A stretch of 64,000 nt of DNA from Octopus vulgaris (GCA_951406725.2 OX597815.1:123008001-123072000); one strand, 5' to 3'. Counted from the first letter of the stretch, positions 1 through 13,583 are shown. Numbers and translations are program-made. Notes: a model not told the origin generated them from the letters alone.

Positions 1-140
<140 letters not shown>

Positions 141-409
141 GATAAGGCAAGAAGAAAATTAATATAAAAAATTATCATATTTATAATAAAACTCTGTGCC
201 CATATCATCAGACTTTCTAAGTGACCGCAATTTATTTGATCATTTCATTATCAGACCCATTAATTCACATGAAGTGATGACGTAAGAAATTCGCATACAA
301 TAATCATTGACTTTATACACACCAATAGTCATAAGTAGTAATTGACGTCATTGTAAGTTTTGCAGATATACGTGAAAAACTGTTCAGTAATAACGTTTTC
401 TACTGATAC

Positions 410-560
410 ATATGCCACAATGTTGTACACTGGTAATTCATTAATTGAAACTAATGCAACACCTAAGAGGTTGTACACTAATACCACACCGACAATGTTG
501 TATACTCATACTATGCCAAAAATGCTATACACAAACGCTATACATTTAAGATTGTACAAT
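410..560 (+). repeat. Degenerate ~27-bp tandem repeat (core atgttgtacact)
   Basis: About 5 units, giving a 9-aa periodicity in ORF 360-746 (ATPKRLYTN/TTPTMLYTH/TMPKMLYTN). Confidence 0.6.
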
Positions 561-1700
561 GATAGAAAATCAGAGATGTCGCAAAAGGACACCACTTCGA
601 CATCATTGATTTTTAGTGGCTCACCGAAGTCATCCAACAGTGATGCATCACCAGCAAAATTATTTACAACGAGCTCAACGTTCACCAGAACCACGCCAGC
701 AAGATTGAAAACCTATGCGACACCAGTGACAGTGTGCAGCAATTGATTGGATTTTGATTGAGATATCAATGAATGTTTTGGGTTGGTTGGAAATTCCAGA
801 AAAGATGTCTTTGCAATCATTATTTGATTATCTCTAATTGTTAACATTCTTTTGAGTAAGAACGACACGCCTCTCCAACTTTTGTGTAAGACGAATTATT
901 ATAGACTGACTCTCCGTAAATGAAGCATCTACATGATGCGTAATGAAGAATATATAGATATATATAACTCTAGTGAGCTCCCTTAACCGGGATACAGGGA
1001 GACTTAAACTTAGAACTAAGGAAAACACAACGGTAAGCCCGTCCTACGTCTATAGTATTTATTTATAATGAGCTATAAGCATAAAACGGTACAACTGACG
1101 GATGCTCTACCGACTTGCTCGAGCATCTAATCCTGAATATTATTTGTTCTTCATGTAATTGATTAAGACGAAAATCAAAATCAACGCCGAACAACGTGCG
1201 AGATTATCGAACTTTCTGCGGTTTCATTCATCCCTTTAATAATTATAGATTCTCCCAGTAAGCGTTGGTTTATTCAAATGTTAAAATATAGGATGTGTTT
1301 TCTTCGATGATTTTGTAATTATTTTGATGTATGCATGCAGAATAGCATCAACGTTAGTTGATGTTGTGAGATTATGAAAAACCTTGAATCTATCTTTTTA
1401 TGGAAATAGTTCCATTAGGCTCTTTTAAAATTTGCAAAAAAAGTGGCTTTGCTTTTTTACAATGATGTGTAACTGTGTTCGAATGATAATTGGTTGGTGT
1501 CCCAAGTAAAATTATCGATTTGTGTGCGTGCGTGCATGTGTGTGTGTGTGTGTGTTTCCGTAAAGTCACAGAAGTGGCTGGGGTTACTATGAAAGTGTTG
1601 TCGGGGGAAGTTATTGTAAGTAAGCTTGACAAGGTATGTATGTCTGTGCGAGTTGTATGTATGTATGTATGTATGTATGTATGTATGTATGTATGTATGT

Positions 1701-2416
1701 CAGGTCACTTTCGAGTGCTACTGGTAACATGTAACCCAGTACAACCTGTTGCATGGTCGGGCCGTCGGCGACTAAACTGGCAACCCCATCAAGCTTGCTT
1801 GGTGAGGAGGGTGATTATTGGACACCCTGCGGGATGAAAAACAAAACCCGTCAAAGGGCGGAGGAACTCTTGAGAGTCAACGGCCATCCGATAAATGTGT
1901 ATTTTTTTTCTCTTACGGCTTAAGGCTGTATCATGCACGGGGACAGAAATAATCGGACTGAATACCCGATCGCGCGGTTAAACCATTGGGAGTGAAGGAC
2001 TCCTAGCCTTTGTTAGGGCATCCTTCTAGGAGAAGGTAACTCAGGTAACTGGGATAACTCCGACATAAAACCTGCGGCTCAGTGGTTACCGATGATGTTG
2101 ACTTGTTCTTCTTTTCGGATTATGGCTGCTGTTGCTTAGTGAGTGGGATTGACTCAGTGCACAGCCTTTCCTCACTTTAAAAAAATCTTCTTGCACAGGC
2201 ATTGCACGATAACAACATTGTTTATGATTGTTGATGGTGCTGTGAGTCTCAACTGAATGGCTGGCTGTAGCCTTAAAAAGCAAATAAAAGTCACATTCGA
2301 TCACAACACCAATAACAGTTAAGCTTCGTGAAATGGCCATACTCGATAGCGAGGGGGCAGCCATCATGTATGTATGTATGTATGTATGTATGTATGTATG
2401 TATGTATGTATGTATG

Positions 2417-2445
<29 letters not shown>
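1701..2445 (+). mobile_element. Non-autonomous RTE-like retroposon with (ATGT)n tail
   Basis: Near-identical partial copy in opposite orientation at 39853-40143. Contains gggcatccttctaggagaaggtaactc, resembling RTE 5' UTRs. No coding ORF; flanked on both sides by (ATGT)n. Confidence 0.7.
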
Positions 2446-2449
<4 letters not shown>

Positions 2450-3152
2450 TAATTTTTGCAAGGAAAAGTTTAACAGTAATTTCGAAGTTTCAACAAACAG
2501 TCATACTGATAATGGCCTGCTAAGACTTCGAAGTCAATGTCAACCTTTCTTGTAAAGATTAAGATGTATTCTATTAAAAAGTACTGAGTGGTCGTTCAGT
2601 TCAATGTTAAATTACTTCTATATAGCTTCACATTCAAACAAGGCATATGTGTGCGTGCGTGAGCGCGCGTGTGTGTATTTATATTACTGTGCTTCGTAAT
2701 ATTGTTTTTATTTTTAAAGTCTGCATTTCTAGAGTAATGGACGTTTCCTATTACTTTACGAATGTAATTTCTGATGTCTATATATTAAATTCAAGTTGCT
2801 TTGTGTTGTTTTTATGCATGTTACATGACCGACTGCATATTGAAGGAGTCGGTCAAACCTGATCTGAATCTAATTCAGAATTCTGAGTGTTAATATTTAA
2901 CATAGAAATTCTAAATGATCATAATGCTGTAGAGAAGTGAGCTGAAAAGTCAAGGAATTACATTAACTTAGGTGTTGAGTCAAAGACAGTGAAAGAAATA
3001 CGTCTATTGTCCCGTTTAAAATTAGTACAACTCGAACGATACACATCTATTATTGTGAAGACATTTCCAAGTTATCTCTAAGGATTTATTTGATATAATC
3101 CCTCAATATAACAATACGAACGACAGCTTATATTATTATTCATGGAATTATC

Positions 3153-3375
3153 GAGAGTAGCGAGATGACAGAATCGTTAGCGTATGGTATTTCTTAGCAG
3201 AATTTCTTGCGGCGTTTTACGATCTGCGTTCCATTCCGCCAAGGTTAAATTTGCCAGTCGTCCTCTCGGGGTTGGTAAAAGAAAGTACCAGCCAAGTACT
3301 GGAGTCGATGCAATCCATTTTCCCCCTCTTCTAAATACTGCTGGCCTTATGCCACACATAGAATTGATTATGTAA
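3153..3375 (+). mobile_element. Degenerate tRNA-derived SINE, family A
   Basis: Head gcgagatgacagaatcgttag, core ctctcggggttggtaaaagaaagtaccag, tail ggccttatgcc. Confidence 0.75.
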
Positions 3376-3544
3376 TTAACGACTTGACGTTATAGCAGCT
3401 AAGAAATATGACGTCATTACATTTGCAACCGGGACAATCATCTCTGTAAAGAAATAGACAGGTTATATTGAAGGAGAGACATGGGCACATTGCAGGCAAC
3501 AGCAGTACATAGTTGGGTAAATAGTGTCAGAATGTTTTAATAAA

Positions 3545-4600
3545 GTTTTTTTTTTGTTATTCATGTGTATAGCACAATGAAGTACTGTTCCTGCAGCTGA
3601 TTCAATGCTGCTTGCTACTCATCCAGACATCCTAGATCTTCCCCACACACACAACGAGAACAGCCAACTGAATGACAAAGTTTCTTACCAACACACTCTA
3701 GCCTCTTACCCATAGCCGTGCTGTGTCTTCTCATGATTTTTTCTACTGCTAATCATGTGGCCTCTATTCTTTGGAATTAATTGGTCTCACTCCACATCCA
3801 CTCAGGCACTCAACAAACTTGTCTCACTTCTCGGCAATTATATTCTATTCCCCTCGGATTCTGCACTAACCGCTATGCCTCTTTCAGACTATAACTTGTG
3901 GTCGCCAGCTCTTGGAATTCTCGGTTTGTAGGTATTTTTTTCTATTGTCGAAGCTTCGACCAGTGGTATTTTGGAAGCAACAGTTTCTAATTTCTGATGC
4001 TTGTTGTTGTCGTTGTTGCCTCCACCAGTACTTGCCGTTTTTGGTTTCTGTCTCTGTTTTCTAACTTCCAAGTAGTTCTTTGTTTTCCAAGTAGTTCTTT
4101 GTCCCACATGTACAAAAACTGCCCTTTCTGCTCTGAACTGCTTATGTCATTGGTTTCCTTTCCCGCTGACAATCTAGAGCAGCTCGGAATAGCTTCGTTG
4201 TCTTCCGGAGTATTCAAGGTTTACACACCGATACAGAACCACCTGATCACCTTTCCTTCCCTATCATCTCTGCGATACCCACCTGCGTGTATTGTACTGC
4301 AAAGGGGATGGAAAAACAAAAGTATTTGCTAATGTCCCTGGTTGTGACTCTTGCACATCGTTGTCAGTGATCAAGCACATGTTCCCTTATGCCCTGCCCT
4401 GATGTTTGGAAACCACGTTTTTCCATGCATCAGCCAGGTTTTCTTTCAGTTGAACCTTCGAGGACATATGGAAACACTCCTCTACTTTTGAAAGAAACGG
4501 AAGTATGTCACTTTTCTCCTTGCCTTTCCCTGGAGGTATTCCTCGAGCAAGAATGTACAGACTTATGTAACGTACTTCTGCCATGTTCTTGCCTTTTCCG
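3545..4600 (-). mobile_element. Highly decayed RLE-type (possibly HERO/NeSL-like) non-LTR retrotransposon 3' part
   Basis: Poly-A end at ~3545 on the minus strand. Broken frames give EHVL..C and ...ERG..VSAESEGNR..LPRSETSLLSA, a weak resemblance to RLE C-termini. Confidence 0.3.
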
Positions 4601-5076
4601 AGAGTTGATCTATATCAATCACCTCCCTCTGATTAGCTAACAAGTTTATTACTATTGTTCTTAAGAGCTATTAGATTTATCATTAAATTTTCATTCGTTA
4701 AAATGTGCTGCATGTTCAGATATATCTATTTTCTTTACTTTTCTTTTTTCTCTTTGTCTTTGTTTTTTACACTCAGTATTATTGTTTTCAAAAACATTTG
4801 GGGTGGGGTGGGGTGGGGGCATAATCAATGCTATTTCGTTTGTTATCAGCACTCCCTGGGAAGGAGTCAGGTTAAATTATTAGTAATTAGCATTTTTAGA
4901 AAAAATAATATAAATATCTATAAGACAGATACTTTTCTCTACTTTATATAATGCTGTAGACCTCCAAAGGTTCTGAAGACTCTTCTGTACAAAATAATAC
5001 GACATAAAAATTATTTTCCTTCATTAAGTAAATCCAGTAAAATCTAACTATTTCAAAGACGTCCGTATATTTCAAC

Positions 5077-5107
5077 AAGCAGCGGCAGCAGCAGCAGCAG
5101 TAGTAGT

Positions 5108-5178
<71 letters not shown>

Positions 5179-5190
5179 AAGAAGAAGAAG
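5077..5190. repeat. Compound (CAG)n/(TAG)n/(AAG)n microsatellite
   Basis: Directly visible. Confidence 0.95.
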
Positions 5191-5900
5191 TCCTCTATTC
5201 ACATGATAATCCAGACAAATATTTTTACAAAAATGGAAACAATGAACAGTAAAATACAAACTGGGAAAAAAAGAGGAATTGGAAAAAGCAACAGAAATTA
5301 TGAAAAAGTCAAAATAATCAAAAGGCAGTTTCACAATATTCCCAAGATAAAAATGGTAACCTGCAAGACTCAACAAAAGAGATGTTAGCCAGGGCGAAAG
5401 TCGATATTTCAAAAGCTGCGGGCTAAAAGCAGAAACAAAATTTGCTTTAAGCAGCACAAGGCTGATGCCAAGCCACGAATAATTACAAAAATAAAAGCAT
5501 AAAAATCGGGAAAATATGCAGACGATGTAATCAATACAACGAGGCATTGCATCACTTCTGACTACCACGTCCTTGCCAAGTTGGAATATATTGACAGAAA
5601 TGATCGAATAAATAGCGACAATACTTCGATGTGAAAACGGGTGTGATGTAAGCGTGTACCAAACACGGCACATGACAATGATCTGAACGTAAGCATATGG
5701 GACATGTCTATCAGGCCTGATAAGAGATCAAAGTAAACAGTCCAGATATAATTGTCAAGCACTGGAACAAAAATATATGTATTCTGCCAGACACCACGAA
5801 TAAAGCATTGCCTGGGTGAAGGCATCGAAACTGTCAAAGTATATGGATTTTAAATTTTAAATAAGCAGGATGTGGGGCATGAAAGTAAAAAACAATAATG
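5191..5900 (+). mobile_element. Degenerate R4/Dong-type (RLE) LINE fragment
   Basis: Frameshifted motifs GLKAET, KICRRCNQYNE (zinc knuckle), VLAKLEYIDRNDRI (RHD-like) and KEIKVNSPDIIVK (PD motif of the restriction-like endonuclease). Confidence 0.8.
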
Positions 5901-6329
5901 ATAACTAGCATACTCATTCTTAATATGTCCCAGTAGATTCAACTTGAATATGCTAACCATTGTTCAGTTTTGTCATTGCAGAACAGCTTCTTTCCGATAA
6001 AATGTGTGTTCATATCACACTCGATTCATTTGCGTAAGGAGACTTTGGGGCATCCGGTGTTTCGATATAATTGTGTTTCGTCAGCCAAAGGTGACCCTAA
6101 CTAATGAATCTAATAGTTTGTCGTTCCTTTTTACAACTTCATCAAACAAATTACTTGCTGATGCATACTGATATCTGCTAACTGATTCGAACATGACTGT
6201 GCTAATCGCTGGAGTACTAGGCTTGAATTTTAAAATGAATAAAACATCAAAATCATGTCAGAGTCAGACGTTTCACACATTGCAATAGATAACCCTGACA
6301 CAGCCCACATCCCTGCAAGAGAGTAGCAC

Positions 6330-6750
6330 AACTCAAACAGTAAACTTTGTACAAGCAACATGTATCTTATGCAATCATTATTCAATAAAATAACACTAGA
6401 CAACACATACAACACATATTCTATACAATATATCAAAACACATTCTATACAATCAATACCTAATAGACACGCACAATACATACGCAACACAACCAACATC
6501 TGATAAAACAATACAAAACGCACAACACATATTCTGTACAAACGTTACTCATTATAGACTCAACACAGCCATCATTACTAAATAATATAATACAATACTT
6601 GCACTACACATACTCTACACAGTCAGCATCACCAAACAATATAACACCACATACAATCAATCATTATCCAATAAAACAACACATAAGACATAATTCATGC
6701 TCTCGTATAATCGATACCCAACATTACAAGACCAACAACTCACACAGCTA
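6330..6750. repeat. Degenerate A/C-rich minisatellite-like region
   Basis: Recurrent acacat(a)ttctatacaa and caatcattat(t/c)caataaaa(t/c)aacac words. Confidence 0.5.
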
Positions 6751-6778
6751 AGCTTCTGCGCAGTTGCCACCTTTGATA

Positions 6779-6820
<42 letters not shown>

Positions 6821-7046
6821 GTGATGACGAAGAGATAAAAAGTAAATCTCTATTAGGATATTGATTTCTGGTGATAAAGCAGGACGGTTTTATTAGGAAG
6901 GGAAAAATAATCGATCTCAGTACATGACTGGTATTATGTTACCCAGCCCGGTGGTGTTAGATAATTAGATACTGGCAGGATGTGACAAGTAACGTACTGA
7001 AGTATTAAATCATACAGCCTACAGCCCAATTTTCTACTGTCACAGT

Positions 7047-7204
7047 CAGTGGTGTAACCAGAATGAGTGCCGCCCGGAGCAGTCCTTAAGTTTGCTGACC
7101 CACTCTCCGACCACCCAAGCCTTTACAATCTTATATAGCAAACCCATATAAGCATCACTCGAGGCGGACCTCCCCCTGGTCTCCTCTACCTAGCTACGCT
7201 ACTA
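7047..7204. mobile_element. hAT-type MITE
   Basis: Ends cagtggtgtaaccag / ctagctacgctacta; perfect 8-bp TSD gtcacagt (7039-7046, 7205-7212). Confidence 0.8.
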
Positions 7205-7236
7205 GTCACAGTCACTGTTCTCGCCCTCATAGATAT

Positions 7237-7420
7237 CGGTTTCAAATTTTTGGCACAAGGCCATCAAATTACGGTGGAGTGGGTAAGTCGATCACAGTGA
7301 CCCTGAGAGAAAGAAAGGCAAAGGCTACTTTGGAAGAATTTGAACCCAGAACGTAAAGATAGACGAAATGCCGCCAAGCACTTTCCCCGGCGGACTAACA
7401 ATTCTGTTATCCTTTCGCCC
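7237..7420 (-). mobile_element. SINE family A (older tail), with TSD
   Basis: Tail ggtttcaaatttttggcacaagg and B box on the minus strand; flanking duplication cgccctcatagatat. Confidence 0.85.
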
Positions 7421-8849
7421 TCATAGATATTATTAGCATTTGTGTATTAAATTACATACAGGTTTTCGTTTTGTCCTTGTATGTTCTGAGTTCGAGTATC
7501 GTGGATGCCATTTGTTTTTCTTTGATTTTGGAGCGATACAACTATATATCAGTAATACATTAAAATAGAATCTATTGATTATACACTTCCTCTACAAAGT
7601 GTACCCTAATGCCAAAGTTTGTATAGAACTACATTATTACATGACGGACTTCTAAGTTTATCGTGTTAGTGATCCTGGACCGCTGACCTGGATTGATTTT
7701 GAGTTTCAGTTTGAGGTTTTGCATTTACCTAACCCCAGCAAGGTACTTGAAAAAAAGCATCAATGTTACAACTTCACTTCAACTTTTCTGTCCTTGAATT
7801 CCTTGATCATCATGCACCCAGGCCTTGCAGGAAGAAACCAATATTTAGAACTTTATGGCACGTGCCACGAAGTGAGCTCTTGGCTATCCTTATTCGCCAT
7901 CCGGTTTCAATTTCCAGTTGTAATATCACTTATATCACGAATCACCTCCAAAAAGGCTTACATAGATGTCATACGATCTCATTTCCTCTCTCCAATAAAT
8001 GTGAATTCTGTATGGAACTATACAATATTAACGTAACAAGGTGAAGTTAGGGAACTGATACAGATAAAACACACAAGCTCATCTGATTAAAGTATTTTTA
8101 CAGAAATAGATACAGTTTCCATAATGTAAATGATGCGATAAACGAAATTTTGTCTAAGATTTCTTAAAACTAATAAGCAAGCGCTGAAATTACCTTCATT
8201 CTATGAAAATATATGTAGACATCATTGCTTTAACTTTTCTAAATATTTTGATAACATGCATAGAAACAACATGAACTCTATGAGTCAACAAAAATAATGT
8301 AATGGTAAATATACAAAAAGACGTGATGGTCACATCTAGAACCCCTTTTTATAACAGGCCTGCTCGAGTGATGCTGGTGCGAAACGAAATAACCAGAACT
8401 ACATAATATGCATTCTTTTTTTTTTAAGATATGAGTTGTTCTAATATGAGTTGTTCTACGTTTTAATCTCTTAAAGAACTTTCAGAAAGTTAGAATTTAA
8501 TGGGCAGTAGAATCAATAGAACGTCGGACATAATCCTTTTGACATTTAAGTATGTCTGATCACGTTTTGAGTTCAAATACCACCAGAATAGAGTTCTGTC
8601 CTTTATATCTCTGTAGTTGATTAAATCAACATATTCCACTCCTTGAATGTATTGTTTCGTATCAAGCTTAGAAACTAGTATTCTTCACAGTCATATGGTG
8701 TGACTCGATTCAACAACCAGTTTTCTGTTCCTGTACAAACACCATTCCACTTCATCTAAACCACTGTTATATTTGTAGGAAAGTCACAGCATCCCCATTA
8801 AATTATGGACTTTGTGCATAACGGAAAGAAAATAATATTATCTGTACAT

Positions 8850-9063
8850 AAGGCAGTGAGCTAGCAGAATCGCTAGCACGCTGAGCAAAATACTTTGCAG
8901 CATTTCGTCCGTCCTAACATTCTGTGCTCAAATTACGCTGAGGTCGACTTTGCCTGTCATCCTTTCAGGGTCGATAAAATAAGTACCAGTTGAACACTGG
9001 GGCGATGTAATCGACTTGCCCCTTCCCCAAACTGGTTGGCCTTGTGCCAAAATTTGAAGCCAC
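8850..9063 (+). mobile_element. SINE family A (older tail), full length with TSD
   Basis: Head aggcagtgagctagcagaatcg, core gactttgcctgtcatcctttcagggtcgataaa, tail ccttgtgccaaaatttgaa; TSD tattatctgtacat. Confidence 0.9.
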
Positions 9064-9701
9064 TATTATCTGTACATTTTGTATTCAATAAGATTTATTG
9101 AATCCTAAATTTACATATCAGTATTCAACTCATAAACGTACATTTCCATTAGATAAGACATTAATATCCTTAAATTTTATAAATATACAGAATAAATGGG
9201 ATTTGTGACGTTCGTGTCTCTATGAAGTGAAATTCACTCATCCCAACAGAACTATAACCGAATCCGATTGAATTCTTACACTATAACCCTTGCCTTTTCA
9301 ACGGATGATACTGAGCTACATTATAGAATTGGTTCCTGGATGGTCGAACAATTCACTCGCACCATTATCTCTTACAAAAAAAGAAAGAAAGAAAGAAACA
9401 CGACTTTTAAATCTTTTTATTACTTTGAAATTAATTTCCTAATCATTTTTTGTTTGTTCCCCATGGTGCTCTGCTGTCTGAACCAGCTCTCTTACCCAAC
9501 AAAACATTGATTTCTTATATTGACACAAGGTCGCAAATGTGCAAAGTGGTTTAGTTGATAGAATGTCTTTTAATGCATGCCTCGTATTTATTTTATCAGC
9601 ATAGGAAGAAAAGTAAAGTTTATTCGGACAACATTTGGATACAAAGCGTAGATAAAATAAAATAGTGAAAGCCATCTCATCTGGCACTCAAAAACACTTC
9701 T

Positions 9702-10042
9702 CTGTAGCGTAGCCAGGTATAGGTGCGGGGACGTTCCACTCCGGCTGACGCTTTTATGAGGGCGACACTTTTGGGTCTGCTGTATAAGCCCTGTCTATTG
9801 TATTGAAATACAAGTGTTTTTAATGTGGGGACACAAGTTTTCGATTTAGAATAACTTATGGAATTTTATGGGATGCTGTGACATTAGTATTTTTCCACAA
9901 ATGTAATAGTGGTTTAAGTGAAGTGGAATGGTAGTAAACAGGAACAGAAAACTGGGATGTGCCGTGAATAACTGCGCAGAGTAATGAGGGTGGGCTGCAA
10001 ACTCATGGGCTGCCCGGGTGGCATCATCATGCTACATCACTG
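9702..10042. mobile_element. Putative hAT-type MITE
   Basis: Ends ctgtagcgtagccagg / catgctacatcactg resemble those of the 7047 element. Confidence 0.5.
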
Positions 10043-10370
10043 CTTTTTTGTCGTCTCCCTAAAAATGGTCGTGTGTACGGGCAAAGAATACTAACATATG
10101 CTTGCGTGGTAGAACTGGGGCCACTTTTATAAATAATACCCAATAAATCTCTATACTATGGTCAATGTAATTGAGTGTCTCGTCCTAGCCCCAAATCAAT
10201 AAGGCTGGTCTCCTGTTGATGTATAAACAACGTTTCACATCTGCAAAACATAAGAACCTACGTTTTGAGGTTGTGTAACAACCAATGAGGCACATAAATG
10301 ATATACATTATTATTTTCTTTGGTTTAGAATTAGTTAAATCTTGGTTCAGTGTATGTTGACATATGTATA

Positions 10371-10708
10371 GGAAGGCGCATGGCACAGTGGTTAAAGCGT
10401 CGAGTTTTCAATCGTGAGGTTGTGAGTTCGATTTCTGGACCGACCTGTGTTTGTGTTCTTGATCAAGACACTTTATTTCACGTTGCTGCAATTCATTTAG
10501 CAGTAAAAATGAGCTGCGACATCGCTGGTGCCAAGCTGTATCTGCCTTTGCCTTTCCCTTGAGTGATATTTGGTGGCATTGAGAGCGGGAAACTGATATA
10601 AATGGGCGACTACTGGTCTTCCACAAACAACCTTGTCCGGATTTGTATCTCGGAGAAGTATTTACGTGCAATCCCATGGTTATTCGTAACCGAAGGGGTC
10701 TTTACCCC
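10371..10708 (+). mobile_element. tRNA-derived SINE, family C
   Basis: A box tggcacagtggt, B box gagttcgatttc, core cttgatcaagacactttatttcacg; homologous to 22349-22680. Confidence 0.9.
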
Positions 10709-10984
10709 TATGTATGGGTCACACCTATGCTTTTAATACATACGCTAATATGCTAAAGGAAATTAGGAAACATTGTACAGAGACTGGAGGTATCAATTAC
10801 AGACTTGTTTTTATTGAACAAAACATTAAACATATATATCTGTTTCGATGTGTAAAATATAAAATATGCATCTTTAACAATGCAGTGCGGATCAATAAAA
10901 TAAACTGTTTGATATTTCTGTTATCAGTAATGTCCATCACTGAGTGGTCATTCTTACTGATTTTGGGAGGGGCAGTGACAGCCT

Positions 10985-11325
10985 ATTGCATCGACAGCTG
11001 TGTATTTCAATATTCATCAACTGGAACTAATTTTACCGACCTCGGTTGGATGAAAGGCAAAGGAGACACTTGCGAGATTTGAACCCAAATTGTGAAACGT
11101 CGTGGCTAAATAATCATTTCTACTATAGGCACAAGACTTGGATTTTTGTGGGAAGGGGAACAATCGATCACATCGACTCCAGTATTTGATTGGTACTTAA
11201 TTTATCGATCCTGGGGGGATAAAAAGCAAAGTCGACTTTGGCAGAATTTGAACTCAGAACGTAGCGACGGGCGAAATACCGCTAAACATTTCGTCCACCT
11301 AACGATTTTGCCAGCTCGCCGCCTT
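10985..11325 (-). mobile_element. Two nested or adjacent family A SINEs
   Basis: Two cores (ggatgaaaggcaaagg; aaaagcaaagtcgactttggcagaatttgaactc); head ccagctcgccgcc. Confidence 0.8.
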
Positions 11326-11639
11326 GTCGTAGCTAAATGATGCCAATTATTTTGCTCTAACAAATCTTATTTGCCCTCCCATATAGATATGTACAGACAT
11401 TGACACACCTATCTATTGAACTATTCATATACACTTTCTCACTCACTTCACTCACTGACGCATTCTCTTATTCATTCCCTCCTCATTCACTTACACTCAC
11501 GCGCGCGTGCGCACAGCCTGAGAAGATCACTGAGCAGGTATCGCCACGACAACTTTCTCATGGTCAATGCGACGATCACACGCTACACACCTTCCTTCCA
11601 AGCACTTCTGTAAACTGCAGAAGGGAGCTAGAACGTTAA

Positions 11640-11730
11640 AACTTACTGCGCATGCACAGTAAAGCTGAAGGTCAATCTTTGCCAAACGGCTTCACTCTGC
11701 GTGCTTTAGATTTGTTACTATGGCAACAGT
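11640..11730. promoter_or_regulatory. Candidate regulatory module: NRF1-like site plus RFX X-box
   Basis: tgcgcatgca at 11647-11656 and GTTACTATGGCAAC at 11714-11727, in unique, CpG-containing sequence. Confidence 0.35.
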
Positions 11731-11896
11731 CCGGATACTTGTTGATCAGACCTCGTATAATCTACTACTCGCACTCAATTAGGGCCTAAATAATAACAGT
11801 AACAGCAACAGAAAAAGAATCTATTGTGAATCATGGAGATAATATTTTTCATATTTTTTCAAATCTACATGTATTTGAGACTTCACTTTCTTCCCA

Positions 11897-11943
<47 letters not shown>

Positions 11944-12440
11944 CCTCTCTCTCTCTCTCTCTCCCTCTCTTCCGCTCTCTTCTCCGCACGCATATTTAGA
12001 CAAAGTTTCTATCAATAAGCACAAGGCCAGAAATTTGAGGTAAAAGGTTAGTCGACCATATCTACCCCTGTAGGTGACTACTATTTTATGCTATCGATCC
12101 GGGAAGAATTCAAGTTTACCTTGGCGGGATTTGAACTCAGAAAAGAAAAAATGACGTAAGATATTTTGTCCTACGCAGTAACGATTCCACCAATTCGCTA
12201 CTCAAAACACGTAAGAAATACAACTGCACTTTATGCAACCGCTCGACTTACTAGAAATAGCAACCAGGTCTTCCTTAAATCACACCCTACAGTCATTAAA
12301 AAGAAAAAAGGAAGGGCGCGTTGGATAATAAAAAGTAACGCTTCAGTCATGTCTGGAGAACCTTTGATCAAAACCTGCTCGTTTAAGACTAACCTGACAT
12401 GCACAACTGTATGAAATTATAATTGGCTTTTCCTGTGAAC

Positions 12441-12696
12441 CAGTGGGTCTCAACCATTTTTAACCATTGGACCCCTTTGATTCTTATTTTACTCAAATGG
12501 GCCCTCTTAACCATTCAGTGTTTGAAAGGTCCTATTATATTTTCATAATTAAATATTTGGAATTGTATTTAAAAAAAAAAAGAATGTTGGAATATTTTGT
12601 ACAATGCTGAAGTATAACCAGTTTATTGCACAGAAATTTTAATAATAAAATGTGTGGACCTCCAAGGGTCACAAGGACTCCGGTTGAGAACCATTG
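12441..12696. mobile_element. hAT/Charlie-like MITE
   Basis: TIRs cagtgggtctcaacc / ggttgagaaccattg; imperfect 8-bp TSD ctgtgaac / ttgtaaat. Confidence 0.75.
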
Positions 12697-13244
12697 TTGT
12701 AAATTATAGGATGAACGCATATAACATTAAAAGCAGAGAAAAGTACGAGAGAGAGGGGAGGCGGTGGGAGAAGGAGAAAGGGATGGAGAAAACAGACAGA
12801 CAGACGGCAGGCAGGCAGGTAGGAGGAAGGATGATAATGAGAAATAAAGAAATATAATAGAAAAGAAGAAAGAAATATGAAGTTGTTTCCTGACACAGGA
12901 AAAGTAATTATTTATCGTCTGTGGATAAAGTCAAGATAATCCTGTCGGTCGGTCAATCGATGTCTGCTTGCAACATCAACCAGACAATTTTGCTACAAAA
13001 ATTTCCAGACGTAATAGAAAACTTTAGCAAACATCAAAATTCGAAACAGAATGACTTTCTTTCAAAAGAGATTATTCAGTGAAAGCAGACTTGGAAGGAA
13101 ACACAAAGTGTAGTATAGAAAAAGTGTATATATATATATCGTGAGAAAACTTTGGAATGCGTTTTCAGTGTTGCTGAACTCATGAAGTTTAGAAACGCCT
13201 TGTTATATGTATGATTAATAAATATTTGTGAAAAATTAGCTAAA

Positions 13245-13255
13245 CAGACAGACAG

Positions 13256-13286
<31 letters not shown>

Positions 13287-13462
13287 TACACACACATACA
13301 AAACACACACATGTATGTATGTATGTACGTCTATATGTATGTATATTTACACTTATATACAAACATACACATACACAGGTGTGTGTGTGTGCACACGTAT
13401 GTTTACGCGAGTATACTTTCAGGTATATGTATACATATATATGTATATGTGTGTATGTGTAC

Positions 13463-13493
<31 letters not shown>

Positions 13494-13530
13494 TATACAT
13501 ACATACATATATATATATATACATATATAT

Positions 13531-13583
<53 letters not shown>

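Noticed and set aside
410-560. CRISPR-like array or repeat-protein gene
   Set aside because: Units are contiguous and degenerate with no unique spacers; eukaryotic context; the ORF has no recognisable domain or splice support.
5053-5673. 206-aa hydrophobic membrane-protein-like ORF
   Set aside because: It is the antisense of an A-rich RLE LINE fragment plus a triplet microsatellite.
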